From a virus: a stretch of DNA of 64,000 nucleotides. Shown piece after piece: positions 18,034 to 27,099 of the stretch (positions are counted from its first letter, which is position 1; every line of letters begins with the position of its first letter). A model generated the notes under the pieces. The model was not told the DNA's origin and did no database searches. It saw only the letters and a list, made by a program, of their open reading frames with translations. Made by a program: the position numbers and the translations under genes. The stretch lies in IMG/VR virus record IMGVR_UViG_3300032315_000675, positions 1 to 64,000 of that record. The stretch is one strand, 5' to 3'.

Positions 18034-19337
18034 TGCATCAATAGGAATGAGTTAAGAACGTCATTGCGATTGGCGGAGTCGTCGCCGTCGCCCGGCTTAA
18101 CAATGACGTTCCACTTACCTACTTCCTTACCTTGAGGTGTTTTCATCATCTCATCATAAGTCAAGATGGACTCCGGCTTTACGCTGTATTTTGCAGCAAT
18201 GCGTTGCTTAAGCGAATTGATTGCGTTCTTGTCGATGTAGAACAGCTTTCCTTTCTCGTCTCGGTCAAGAAGGTCCTTGAATAGAACCTCGGGAACAACT
18301 CGACTGTTCTTAGTTTTTTGGAAGTCAATCTGCTTCTCTTCTCCTGGCTTCGCACCCATCGAATAGTTAATCTTGAAGTTGTCTGGCTTTCCGCCCTGTG
18401 CAACTGATGCTAGTTTGGTGTAAGCATAGAAATCTACATTAGGGTGCTTTTTAGCTAATGCATACGACATTGCAAGATATTGAGGAGAGAAGAAGTCGCC
18501 GGCATCATGCCATCGAATAACAAGTTTAGTTTTCTTGTCTTTCTTGTTGAACTTCTTGTCGGCAGCATCAATTTCTCTGCTCATCATGTCCATGAAGCCG
18601 TCAGGGTCATTATACAAGAAGTTTAGAAGCTGCGTTTGTCCTTCAGCAACATTCTTCCACTGAACATATCCGCCCTTCATAGCATAACAGTAAGTCTGAC
18701 ATTCTCCTGCGCCCGGGCAAGTATCGATGATCACAAACTTCTTGTCGTCTTCGTCATATGCTAGTCCCTTTAGAGCAGGAAGACCGATGTTGTAAAACAC
18801 ACTAGTACTACCATCGCTATGCTGCATCTTTTCATTCTGCTTTAGAATCTTACCCGGACGCCGAGTGATCAAGTTCTGTAGAGCATCTAGGTCATACTTT
18901 TTACCGTCTTGGTCAACGATAGGAACTACTGAACTTCGGTGAATGTAGGGCTGCTTGAACTTGTCCTGCTTAGTTTTGCCTGACACATACTTGTCAGTTC
19001 CGCGAGCGGTCTTTTTTGCTGCACCCGTCTTAGGGTCTGTGACAGGTTTACCCATGATACGATCTAGATAACCCTTCAATTCCTTTGGACTTAACTCACG
19101 AGAAGGTGCGTCAAGTTTAGCTTCTTCAATTTCCTCATCGTCCCAACGCTTATCATCTGCGTCGTCTTCGGGGTACTCCGGGGTGTCGCCTGGTTCTTCT
19201 TCATCAGGTGTTACCACCCCCGCTGCATTGAGAAACTGATCCAATGTCATCACGTTCAGTTTATCCGAAAACGGAGAAGAACCCTTGACTTCTTCCGAAT
19301 TCTCTGTTATAAGATTGAGTATGTTTCTAATATCCAT
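18030..19337 (-). CDS. Gp88-like protein with acidic N-terminal leader
   Basis: 'TCPGAGECQTYCYA', 'IRWHDAGDFFS', 'FYAYTK'; ATG 19337 with AGGA upstream and TAAATA on the minus strand at ~19367-72. Confidence 0.7.
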   Translation of the reverse strand: MDIRNILNLITENSEEVKGSSPFSDKLNVMTLDQFLNAAGVVTPDEEEPGDTPEYPEDDADDKRWDDEEIEEAKLDAPSRELSPKELKGYLDRIMGKPVTDPKTGAAKKTARGTDKYVSGKTKQDKFKQPYIHRSSVVPIVDQDGKKYDLDALQNLITRRPGKILKQNEKMQHSDGSTSVFYNIGLPALKGLAYDEDDKKFVIIDTCPGAGECQTYCYAMKGGYVQWKNVAEGQTQLLNFLYNDPDGFMDMMSREIDAADKKFNKKDKKTKLVIRWHDAGDFFSPQYLAMSYALAKKHPNVDFYAYTKLASVAQGGKPDNFKINYSMGAKPGEEKQIDFQKTKNSRVVPEVLFKDLLDRDEKGKLFYIDKNAINSLKQRIAAKYSVKPESILTYDEMMKTPQGKEVGKWNVIVKPGDGDDSANRNDVLNSFLLMH

Positions 19338-19393
19338 GATAAATCCTAGTATCTTTGATGTGCTTGTATTTATCAATTTAAAAGAGGTTAGCT

Positions 19394-19984
19394 ATTAACA
19401 TTTTTTATATACACTCTGACCCAACCATTGCTGCACAGTCGATGGTTGACCGTCACGTAGTTAAAATGATTTTGGAGACGGCCCAGCTACTCTCTACTGC
19501 ACATCGGGTGATCGATGGTGTAGAGTATGCGGGTCAGTCCCAGTCTGGTCGTAAAGCAAAACGATGGCGGTTGTCAGGTAATGCTGACGCTATTATGTAT
19601 GCTGCTACTCATATCAATCATCCTTCAGCAGTTTGGGTTCGTGAAAACTCTGCCAACTATGTTTGGTTGTATGAACATCTATTAGCACTTGGTCGCGAGT
19701 ATACTTATCGGTATGGTCGTACCCATCTTACTATTGATAAGCTAAAGGATATTCTCAAGGAAGCTCCTGAGCAGATCACAGAAAGCAAAGTAATGACTAA
19801 GATGCCATCTTGTATGGACAAGCAGTACATTGTTAGCCTGGACCCGATTGTCAACTATCGTAATTATTACAACTACGGAAAGACTGACTTACTGCGCTGG
19901 ACTGACCGCGAACCTCCCGGCTGGATCGACGGTGAAGTTATTCAGCAGTCAGGTAAAAAGACGATATATACTATTGAAAGGTAA
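19394..19984 (+). CDS. Pyrimidine-dimer DNA glycosylase (DenV-like family), ATT start
   Basis: '(M)NIFYIHSDP..AAQSMVDRHVVKMILETAQLLSTAH', 'THINHPSAVW', 'EYTYRYGRTH'; GAGG upstream of ATT. Confidence 0.8.
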   Translation: MNIFYIHSDPTIAAQSMVDRHVVKMILETAQLLSTAHRVIDGVEYAGQSQSGRKAKRWRLSGNADAIMYAATHINHPSAVWVRENSANYVWLYEHLLALGREYTYRYGRTHLTIDKLKDILKEAPEQITESKVMTKMPSCMDKQYIVSLDPIVNYRNYYNYGKTDLLRWTDREPPGWIDGEVIQQSGKKTIYTIER

Positions 19985-19988
19985 AAAT

Positions 19989-20435
19989 ATGTTTGACAAA
20001 TTAAAGAAATGGTTCACTGACCCGATGTTTCCGGAAGAACAGCCGGCGGCTCCTGAACCAAAGCCTGAACCAAAACCTGAAGTGAAGGCACCTAGAAAGC
20101 CTAAGGTGGAACTCACTGACAAGGAAAAGGCTACTGCGGCTGGTGAACCCTACATCGCTATTCTCAAGGTTGATCTGGATCCAAATGACATCAACAATGG
20201 TGCATTTGATCTTGACTGGAATGACAAGTTCCTTCTCAATCTAATTAAACAAGGGTACAAGATTCGTGCCGATGACACAGACGCCATGATCGTTGACCGT
20301 TGGTTCCAAACTGTTTGTCGAAATATCGCACTTGAGGTATACGAGCAAGAACAAGCTGATCCAGATAAGCGAGAAAGCGACATGCGTATTATTCAGCAGC
20401 GTGATCTGGGCGGCGGATACACAGAAGTTAGCTGA
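19989..20435 (+). CDS. Hypothetical phage protein
   Basis: AAGG RBS before ATG 19989; Pro-rich linker; 'GAFDLDWND', 'IVDRWF'. Confidence 0.65.
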   Translation: MFDKLKKWFTDPMFPEEQPAAPEPKPEPKPEVKAPRKPKVELTDKEKATAAGEPYIAILKVDLDPNDINNGAFDLDWNDKFLLNLIKQGYKIRADDTDAMIVDRWFQTVCRNIALEVYEQEQADPDKRESDMRIIQQRDLGGGYTEVS

Positions 20436-20481
20436 TAGTACAAATAAGATGATATTAACATATAAAAAGGAACTTGAATAA

Positions 20482-20967
20482 ATGCGATATCTTACTGATC
20501 TTGTAGAATACGTACATTCCAATCGTAGTATCGAAACAAAAAAATATATTATTCATCAAATGGTTAAAACGGTAGATTCCAATAAAGGGTATTTATGGGA
20601 AGAGGTATTAGAAAAGGCAATGTCCCACACGACACGATTGCCCGGTAACTCGGTTGGTATGGACTTTACCGATACTACAGATGCGAAGTTGGCTAGGTTC
20701 TCTAGAAAGAAAAACGCAAGTACACTAGAGGCTTCTATAAGCGGGATCGCTAATAAGGTTGGTCCTCTACGGGTGTGTTTGCTAGTTCCTGGACATGAAT
20801 TCCATCGTCTCATGTACATGTTTATTCCTTATGAAGCGTATGCGCCATACATAAGAGGGCATAGCAGTGCATTGAAAGTGACGTTGAGTCCACGGGGGAA
20901 TGTTCAGGGACCTCTTTCCAAATATGTTTGTTCGTTCGATGAAGTATGCAAACCATATACTAATTAG
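20482..20967 (+). CDS. Hypothetical protein, possible PD-(D/E)xK nuclease
   Basis: 'GYLWEEVLE...GMDFTDTTDAK' resembles E...D...DxK. Confidence 0.4.
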   Translation: MRYLTDLVEYVHSNRSIETKKYIIHQMVKTVDSNKGYLWEEVLEKAMSHTTRLPGNSVGMDFTDTTDAKLARFSRKKNASTLEASISGIANKVGPLRVCLLVPGHEFHRLMYMFIPYEAYAPYIRGHSSALKVTLSPRGNVQGPLSKYVCSFDEVCKPYTN

Positions 20968-20970
20968 GAC

Positions 20971-20999
20971 TTGACAACTGCTCATAAATAGCGTATTAT
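20971..20999 (+). promoter_or_regulatory. sigma70-type promoter with an embedded TAAATA late motif
   Basis: TTGACA-17-TATTAT; TAAATA at 20985-90. Confidence 0.65.
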
Positions 21000-21026
21000 C
21001 TACGTATATTATGATAAAGGTATCTC

Positions 21027-22031
21027 GTGAAATACGCACTGATCGACACTGCTAACACTTTCTTCCGCGCCCGCCATGTTGCTGCTCGCAACACTGATAC
21101 GTGGGAGAAGATTGGCATGGCTATGCATCTAACGCTTTCGTCTGTAAATCAGGCTGTGCGTATGTTCAACATTGACCACGTTGTGTTCTGTCTTGAAGGA
21201 CGTTCATGGCGTAAAGAATTCTACAAGCCCTACAAAGCGCATCGTGCTATTGATAACACTGCGTTGACTGAGGCTGAAATCGAAGAAAATAAGATGTTCT
21301 GGGAAACGTATGAAGCATTCACTACGTTCCTGTCGCAGAAGACTAATGCTAGTGTGTTGCGTCATCCTAATGCAGAAGCAGATGACCTTATCGCCCGCTT
21401 TGTTGACTTGCACCCCGAAGATGAACACTATATCATTTCGTCCGACACTGACTTCGTTCAGTTGATCAGCGAGAATGTGCATCAGTACAACGGTGTCGCA
21501 GGTCAGTTGATCAAGCTAGACGGGTATTTCAATGATCGAGGTAAGCCTGTCAAGGACAAGAAGACCGGTGAGCAAAAGCTGCTAGAAGATCCGGAATACC
21601 TTCTCTTTAAGAAGATCATTCGCGGCGATGCTACTGACAATGTGTTCTCTGCATACCCCGGTGTTCGTGAGAAGGGTTCTAAGAACTCTGTCGGCATCAA
21701 GGAAGCATTTGAAGATCGCAACAAGCAAGGATTCAACTGGAACAATCTGATGCTACAGCGTTGGTCTGATCACAACGGCGATGAACATCGTGTCAAGGAT
21801 GACTACGAACGCAACAAGACGCTGATTGATCTCCGAGCGCAACCAGCAGAAATCAAGGCTGCGGTCGACAGCGTGATCAAAGAGAACGTGCGTACAACTG
21901 TAACCCCAATGGTTGGCATTCATCTTATGAAGTTCTGCGGCAAGTATGAACTCACAAAGATTTCTGAGCAAGCTGAAACTTATTCCAAGTGGCTCAACAA
22001 TACGTATAAAGGAGTTCTCAATGCCGATTGA
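21027..22031 (+). CDS. rnh: RNase H / 5'-3' flap exonuclease (T4 rnh-like)
   Basis: 'LIDTAN', 'SWRKEFYKPYKAHR', 'EADDLIA', 'SSDTDFVQL', 'GDATDNV'. Confidence 0.92.
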   Translation: MKYALIDTANTFFRARHVAARNTDTWEKIGMAMHLTLSSVNQAVRMFNIDHVVFCLEGRSWRKEFYKPYKAHRAIDNTALTEAEIEENKMFWETYEAFTTFLSQKTNASVLRHPNAEADDLIARFVDLHPEDEHYIISSDTDFVQLISENVHQYNGVAGQLIKLDGYFNDRGKPVKDKKTGEQKLLEDPEYLLFKKIIRGDATDNVFSAYPGVREKGSKNSVGIKEAFEDRNKQGFNWNNLMLQRWSDHNGDEHRVKDDYERNKTLIDLRAQPAEIKAAVDSVIKENVRTTVTPMVGIHLMKFCGKYELTKISEQAETYSKWLNNTYKGVLNAD

Positions 22032-22323
22032 TCCTGTATATCTCTGTAAAGATTGTAAGTTTAGCAAGATGGATGTCTTGGATACTATTTTTACACTCGG
22101 TGGCCGAATGGGTGTTAGAGGATCTATGTACAATTGTGCTAAAACAGTAAAGCTAGCGCATAGCGTACTTGACCCTGTCACAGGTCCCGAAAGGGTGAAG
22201 CCTGAGATGCCATATTGCTCGGTTGAACGGAAGTACGGCGACTGCGGCCCTAATGCAAAGCATTGGGTACCTAAACACAAGAAAGATTTATTTAAAATGT
22301 TGACAAAGGAATCACATGACTGA
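22021..22323 (+). CDS. Cys-rich hypothetical protein
   Basis: 'LCKDCKF...NC...YC..ER....CGP.AKHW'; ATG 22021 overlaps the rnh end. Confidence 0.55.
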   Translation: MPIDPVYLCKDCKFSKMDVLDTIFTLGGRMGVRGSMYNCAKTVKLAHSVLDPVTGPERVKPEMPYCSVERKYGDCGPNAKHWVPKHKKDLFKMLTKESHD

Positions 22324-22774
22324 ACTAGTAGCGAAGCCAATCGTAAAGAATCAGTTTTGGATCGTCACTGACGGTAACAAGAAGGTAGGAAACATTGAAG
22401 TTAATAATGACGGGTACGGTGTCCGGCTTAATGGCACGTTGTTGCAGTTCAATAACACTGACGAGTTGAAGAAAAAGACTCATATTCGTTTTGAGCCTAT
22501 AAAGTCAAACAACAAGAAAGTTTCGCTTCCCTATCCTGAATATCCAACTACTGCTCGCACTTACAACTCGCTACTTGATGTTAAACGAGGACTGCATCTT
22601 TTTACTAAGACACGCAAGTCTAAATGTCAGCATGCCGCAGGTTGGTTTGTGATGGATCAAAACGGTGTTAAGGTTGTTGTTTTTTGTCCTAAATACATCT
22701 TTGTCCAGCGCTATCCGTACTCCGGACCTTACAAAACAGAAGCTGAGGCGGAAGCTCAGATAAATACAACATGA
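22316..22774 (+). CDS. Hypothetical phage protein
   Basis: AAGGAA RBS; coupled ORF. Confidence 0.65.
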   Translation: MTELVAKPIVKNQFWIVTDGNKKVGNIEVNNDGYGVRLNGTLLQFNNTDELKKKTHIRFEPIKSNNKKVSLPYPEYPTTARTYNSLLDVKRGLHLFTKTRKSKCQHAAGWFVMDQNGVKVVVFCPKYIFVQRYPYSGPYKTEAEAEAQINTT

Positions 22775-22971
22775 TGCATATTAACCGATTCATGGATAGG
22801 ATGACCGTAGCTGACTCCAAACAAAACAAAGATTTGGTGTTGCCGATGACGGATGCCCGTGGGTTGCGCGATGATATCTCTAGATTGCTTTTAGACTTGC
22901 ACGAGTTGTCTAAGAATAAGAATCAAAACGAGGTAATACAAGTCGAAGTTAAGGGCGGATCATTCAAGTGA
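22771..22971 (+). CDS. Hypothetical protein
   Basis: TAAATA 4 nt upstream of the ATG; coupled. Confidence 0.6.
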   Translation: MMHINRFMDRMTVADSKQNKDLVLPMTDARGLRDDISRLLLDLHELSKNKNQNEVIQVEVKGGSFK

Positions 22972-23273
22972 GTAGAACGCAACCAAATGTACTATTAGAG
23001 CATGTAGATAAGAAGACCTACAAGTGTGACCAGATTGTAGAGGCTGCTGGAATTTGGGCTGTGTTCTACGACGGTCAGCCTATCAACCTCAAGTCTTCAC
23101 ATTATCTAGCAAACGACGCTGCTCCGAAATACAAGAAAACAAGTTTTTCAAATCCAGGCCATGCTAGGAACTTATGCAGAAAACTAAACTCACAATTTAA
23201 GACTGACAAGTTTACTGTAGTGTTTATGAACACCGGTAGAACGGTCTACCCTGATGACCTATCCCAAGACTAA
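22968..23273 (+). CDS. Hypothetical phage protein
   Basis: GTGA overlap; 'WAVFYDGQPINL...KYKKTSFSNPGHA'. Confidence 0.65.
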   Translation: MSRTQPNVLLEHVDKKTYKCDQIVEAAGIWAVFYDGQPINLKSSHYLANDAAPKYKKTSFSNPGHARNLCRKLNSQFKTDKFTVVFMNTGRTVYPDDLSQD

Positions 23274-23679
23274 AATTGAAATTGTCAAAACTATCTTGGC
23301 TGAAACTCGGGATGATCCGGACTTTCCTTGGAACAACCATGAACCTGACAAGCTGATATTTGAATGGTTTGTTACAGGGAGAAGAGGAAACGGCCTTAGA
23401 CTAACTGATGTTGGTGCTTCTGCCTTCACAAAAGCAAACATCGCTCACTACACATTTGACCTTAAGCAGGAGCTGTCGAACACGGTCTCGCCAACGGGGG
23501 CGAACTGGGAGAGCTATGTTATGCTTCTAAACAAGAAGATACATTGCCCCTATTACATCGGCGCAACAATCGATGAGAAGAAGAAGAAAAAACCCTATAT
23601 TAGAATCTACGATCATAAGATAGCTATGCTCATGACCTTGTACGGCACAGTAGATGAATATCTGGAATCGGTAAAATAG
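23254..23679 (+). CDS. Hypothetical protein
   Basis: Overlapping ORF in the same operon. Confidence 0.6.
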   Translation: MTYPKTKIEIVKTILAETRDDPDFPWNNHEPDKLIFEWFVTGRRGNGLRLTDVGASAFTKANIAHYTFDLKQELSNTVSPTGANWESYVMLLNKKIHCPYYIGATIDEKKKKKPYIRIYDHKIAMLMTLYGTVDEYLESVK

Positions 23680-23828
23680 TCATCTATGCCAACGGTACGT
23701 ACTAAATATATGGTAGCCCCGCTTTAAACAGAGAGAAAATGTCTGAATCTTCGGGCATTTTTTTTGGATAAAAAGGTTGACATTGGCTTCGTATTTGTTA
23801 TGATTAGTATGTAGCAAGGAGATAGCAA

Positions 23829-24026
23829 ATGGCACAAGTTAATGTTAAGTTTCGTGTTCACTGCGTAGATTCAGAGCGTGGTTGGGGCCAAGACTACTGG
23901 CACATCGATTTCGATACCCGCGCTGAAGCTGAAAAGTTTAAGGCAGACATCAATGCTAAGAACACTGCAAGTGTTGCCCCTGACTTCTACAGCCAGGCAA
24001 ATAGCATCGAAATGATTGAAGCATAA
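23829..24026 (+). CDS. Early small hypothetical protein
   Basis: TTGACA...TATGAT promoter (23777-23804) and AAGGAG RBS. Confidence 0.65.
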   Translation: MAQVNVKFRVHCVDSERGWGQDYWHIDFDTRAEAEKFKADINAKNTASVAPDFYSQANSIEMIEA

Positions 24027-24031
24027 AAATC

Positions 24032-24081
24032 GTACCCGAGGTCATTTTTCGGTTGACTTCGGGTACCCATTTTGCTATATT
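24032..24081 (+). repeat. Stem-loop/early-promoter cassette, copy 1
   Basis: GTACCCGAGGTC...GACTTCGGGTAC inverted repeat overlapping TTGACT-17-TATATT. Confidence 0.85.
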
Positions 24082-24113
24082 GAATCATAGATTGAATCGA
24101 AGGATACAACGAC

Positions 24114-24296
24114 ATGGACCGCAAAGACAATATGAATACGAAAGAGTGGCACGAAGAACGTGATGCCTCCGATGCCCCTGTTTGGATGTCTGTTGACGAA
24201 GCCAATGGATGGGCTAGCGGCTGGAACGCAGCCGTAGAAGCGGCAAAGGCCGAGGCTCCGTGGTGGGCCACCGGCGCTGGCCGTAGGGCCGACTAA
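24114..24296 (+). CDS. Early small hypothetical protein
   Basis: AAGGA RBS downstream of the promoter cassette. Confidence 0.5.
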   Translation: MDRKDNMNTKEWHEERDASDAPVWMSVDEANGWASGWNAAVEAAKAEAPWWATGAGRRAD

Positions 24297-24321
24297 AAAA
24301 AATTCAACAAAGAGGAAGACA

Positions 24322-24537
24322 ATGTCAACTGATGTGACTGACAAAACTTTCACGATGACAATGGCTCAAATGAAAGCCATGTTTGATGCTGGTGCTCGAT
24401 GTGGTGAGGGGCCGTCCAGTACACCCTACGCTGACTTCGTTGAGGCTGTTTACGAATTCGTTAACGAGGGCATGAAGTGGGGCGAAGAAGGCCACACTGA
24501 CTGGGATGTCGTTGAATCGATGGTTAAGAAGGGTTAA
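24322..24537 (+). CDS. Early small hypothetical protein
   Basis: GAGGA RBS. Confidence 0.6.
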   Translation: MSTDVTDKTFTMTMAQMKAMFDAGARCGEGPSSTPYADFVEAVYEFVNEGMKWGEEGHTDWDVVESMVKKG

Positions 24538-24540
24538 GGT

Positions 24541-25374
24541 ATGAACTACGAATTGACTAAAGAAGCAATGACAGCCACGTTGCGTAACCTTCTGCATGAT
24601 CCTGTTAGGTCAGTTGAGATTCACGGACATCGTATTATGATCGCTGCTCCGGAACTCAGTGATGTCTTTCGTGACCACCTGAAAGAGCGGGAAGCTATGT
24701 TGCGACGGGAACTCAAGAACATCGAACATGTTCGAGATGGCTTCGAATCCGGTTCGCGGGCTATCGTTTCGGCTAGGCTTAAGAAAAACACGCAAGAACT
24801 TAAAGGAACTGGCATGAACTATGAATTGACAGATGAAACTATCGAACATGGTGGTCGGACGCTGTATCGCATTCGTGCGCTTATAGATATGCCGTATCAT
24901 CGCGTTAAGGCGGGTGAGCTTGGCGGGTTTGTCGAGAATATCGAGAACCTTCAAGAGAATGCTTGGGTCTTTGACGATGCTCAGGTCTTTGACGATGCTG
25001 CGATCTCTGGCAATGCTCGGGTCTCTAGTTTTGCCAAGGTCTATGGCGATGCTAAGGTATTTGGCGATGCTAGGATCTTTGGCAATGCTTTGGTCTATGG
25101 TAATGCTATTGTCTATGGCGATGCTCAGGTCCGTAGTAATGCTATGGTCTTTGACAATGCTATGGTCTTTGACAATGCTAAGGTCTATGACAACGCTCTG
25201 GTTTTTGGTGATGCTTGGGTCTCCGGTGATGCTAAGGTCTCTGATAATGCCAGAGTCTATGGCAATGCTGAGGTCTCTGATAATGCTAGAGTCTATGGCA
25301 ATGCTGAGGTCTATGGCAAGGCTTTGGTCTGTGGCACTGATGAGGTTTCTAGCGATGCTAAGGTCTCAAAATAA
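24541..25374 (+). CDS. Hexapeptide-repeat (left-handed beta-helix) protein with a duplicated MNYELT start
   Basis: Many [DN]AxV[YFS]G-type repeats; internal AAGGAA RBS plus a second MNYELT at 24814. Confidence 0.8.
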   Translation: MNYELTKEAMTATLRNLLHDPVRSVEIHGHRIMIAAPELSDVFRDHLKEREAMLRRELKNIEHVRDGFESGSRAIVSARLKKNTQELKGTGMNYELTDETIEHGGRTLYRIRALIDMPYHRVKAGELGGFVENIENLQENAWVFDDAQVFDDAAISGNARVSSFAKVYGDAKVFGDARIFGNALVYGNAIVYGDAQVRSNAMVFDNAMVFDNAKVYDNALVFGDAWVSGDAKVSDNARVYGNAEVSDNARVYGNAEVYGKALVCGTDEVSSDAKVSK

Positions 25375-25497
25375 CACTTGACATTAATTAGAGTCCTGTT
25401 ATTATGATAATAGGAAGTGAGAAAGAACTTGACTTCTTCTTAAAATCTGTTATATTGTTTACACACTACATCGACAACACAAACAAGGACTAATGCA

Positions 25498-25698
25498 ATG
25501 AAACTAACTTTCAAGTGGGATGAGGACATGGGTGAGGCATTTCCGATCAAAAAGGATGTCACAGCCATCATGCAGGAACATCCATTGACTCTGGTTGACT
25601 TCCTCAATGATGTCATTGGTGAAGCCGAGGCCCTGCGCGAACATGCCATGCAGGGATTTAAAGACTGGTGTGAAGAGACTGCTCAGTCGGCAGAATAA
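25498..25698 (+). CDS. Early small hypothetical protein
   Basis: TTGACT...TATATT promoter and AAGGA RBS upstream. Confidence 0.55.
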   Translation: MKLTFKWDEDMGEAFPIKKDVTAIMQEHPLTLVDFLNDVIGEAEALREHAMQGFKDWCEETAQSAE

Positions 25699-25940
25699 TT
25701 GTTGACACGCTGGCCCTGCTAGCGTATACACTCAAACAAAGGAAATTTTTATGTTTACTTACGTGATTGTCGCTTTCATTCTTGGAATGGTTGTGATGGA
25801 CTTTATGTGGGCCTACAAGATGGGCATTCCCCAGGCCATGTGGCGTCGTTGGAAAAATCGCAAAACCCGCATTTAAGGGTTGACTTCTTCACAAAGAATC
25901 TATACATTAAGATCATAGATTGAAGCAACGGAAGCGTCAC

Positions 25941-26600
25941 ATGTCTCGTTATAAAGCTCCCAAGATTTCTTATTCGACCGACGAAGTGTTTGCTGCTGCT
26001 TGTGCTGCACAGCGCATCAACGGTGAATATATCAAGGAAGACAAGCATCTTTACGATACTGACGGGTATGTCCTTTCGGTCGAGAAGGTCGCTAACAAAA
26101 AGCTGACTTCTCAGTTTCTTCGCGGTGATTTTGAAATCAGCGATGATGATCGTGAACAGGGGCAAGAGGTACGGCAGTACTGCAACTCTCTGACGTTCAA
26201 GATCCTGCAAGGAAAGACTCTGAGTGAGTTTGAGCAGACCATGCTCAAGATTGCTGACAAAGAGATTGTTGACAGCTTCTATGATATTGCTGTTGTTTCG
26301 TCTCTCCCTGCTTCGTATGAGCGTTCTAAGGTTCGGCGCGAGCAGAGCAATCGTCTCCTCGATCATCAGGGTTGTCTGAATCAAGCAGCAGGTACCGTGG
26401 TTGATCTTGAAATCGAAGTCGTGCGCTGCAACTATAGCAACAACTGGAACACTTATTATGTTACTGCTATTGTTGAAAATGCTGTAGTGTTTTTTGCGTT
26501 TCGTGATCAGATTGAACTTGGTTCTAAAATCCGTGTCAAGGGTAAGGTTAAATCCCACAAAGAAGATCGTACTCAACTTAGCCACGTGAAAGTTGTGTAA
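25941..26600 (+). CDS. Hypothetical protein with C-terminal OB-fold-like domain
   Basis: 'IRVKGKVKSH...TQLSHVK' OB-like ending; TTGACT...TACATT promoter upstream. Confidence 0.55.
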   Translation: MSRYKAPKISYSTDEVFAAACAAQRINGEYIKEDKHLYDTDGYVLSVEKVANKKLTSQFLRGDFEISDDDREQGQEVRQYCNSLTFKILQGKTLSEFEQTMLKIADKEIVDSFYDIAVVSSLPASYERSKVRREQSNRLLDHQGCLNQAAGTVVDLEIEVVRCNYSNNWNTYYVTAIVENAVVFFAFRDQIELGSKIRVKGKVKSHKEDRTQLSHVKVV

Positions 26601-26604
26601 GAGT

Positions 26605-26703
26605 TACAGGAAGCGGACAAGTCCCGAATGGCAGGTCGTATATTGGGTCTCCCTTAAGTGGGTTGTAAATTCCCTCAGTGTGCTGGCTTGTCCGCTTCTT
26701 GTA
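26605..26703 (+). ncRNA. Candidate structured non-coding RNA (19-bp closing stem, ~60-nt interior)
   Basis: TACAGGAAGCGGACAAGTC pairs with GGCTTGTCCGCTTCTTGTA (2 G-U pairs); followed by a U-tract. Confidence 0.5.
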
Positions 26704-26723
26704 TTTTCTTTTAGGGTTTATGT

Positions 26724-27098
26724 ATGACGGATTGGACGATACCAATTCAAAGTGTAGGGCGCTCTTGCCGTCCGAGTATGGAAGTCAAAATGCTTACCGC
26801 AGGAAAAGGCAAGTCTGTTTTTGTGGATATAGAATCCGATGCTTGGATCCCGATGGTATCGCGACTCCAATCTGTACTGAGCCCTCACTATGCTGAATAT
26901 TTTGACTATGATACCGGTGAGACATACTGGAAGAAGTTCACTGGGATGCCTAAAATAGCAGACTTATATAGAGCAAACAATGTCATTCGCAAGAACGAAG
27001 ACGGTTCATATGAATATGTTAAGAATCGTCAAACTGGCGAGGAGCGGCCGCTGACCGAACAAGAAGTTATTTGGCTTATTTTGAAAGCAGGAGCATAA
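26724..27098 (+). CDS. Hypothetical protein
   Basis: ORF in the forward gene run; start uncertain. Confidence 0.5.
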   Translation: MTDWTIPIQSVGRSCRPSMEVKMLTAGKGKSVFVDIESDAWIPMVSRLQSVLSPHYAEYFDYDTGETYWKKFTGMPKIADLYRANNVIRKNEDGSYEYVKNRQTGEERPLTEQEVIWLILKAGA

Positions 27099-27099
27099 A

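Noticed and set aside
24960-25370. Tandem repeats as a possible CRISPR array or DGR template
   Set aside because: Degenerate in-frame 18-nt coding repeats without unique spacers; no cas or reverse transcriptase in the window
24914-25381. Alternative-frame ORF with 'MLRSLAMLGSL' repeats
   Set aside because: Shadow frame of the 18-nt hexapeptide repeats of 24541-25374; no RBS
26612-26697. Canonical tRNA gene
   Set aside because: No proper anticodon arm, no TTC T-loop and wrong spacing; kept only as an ncRNA candidate
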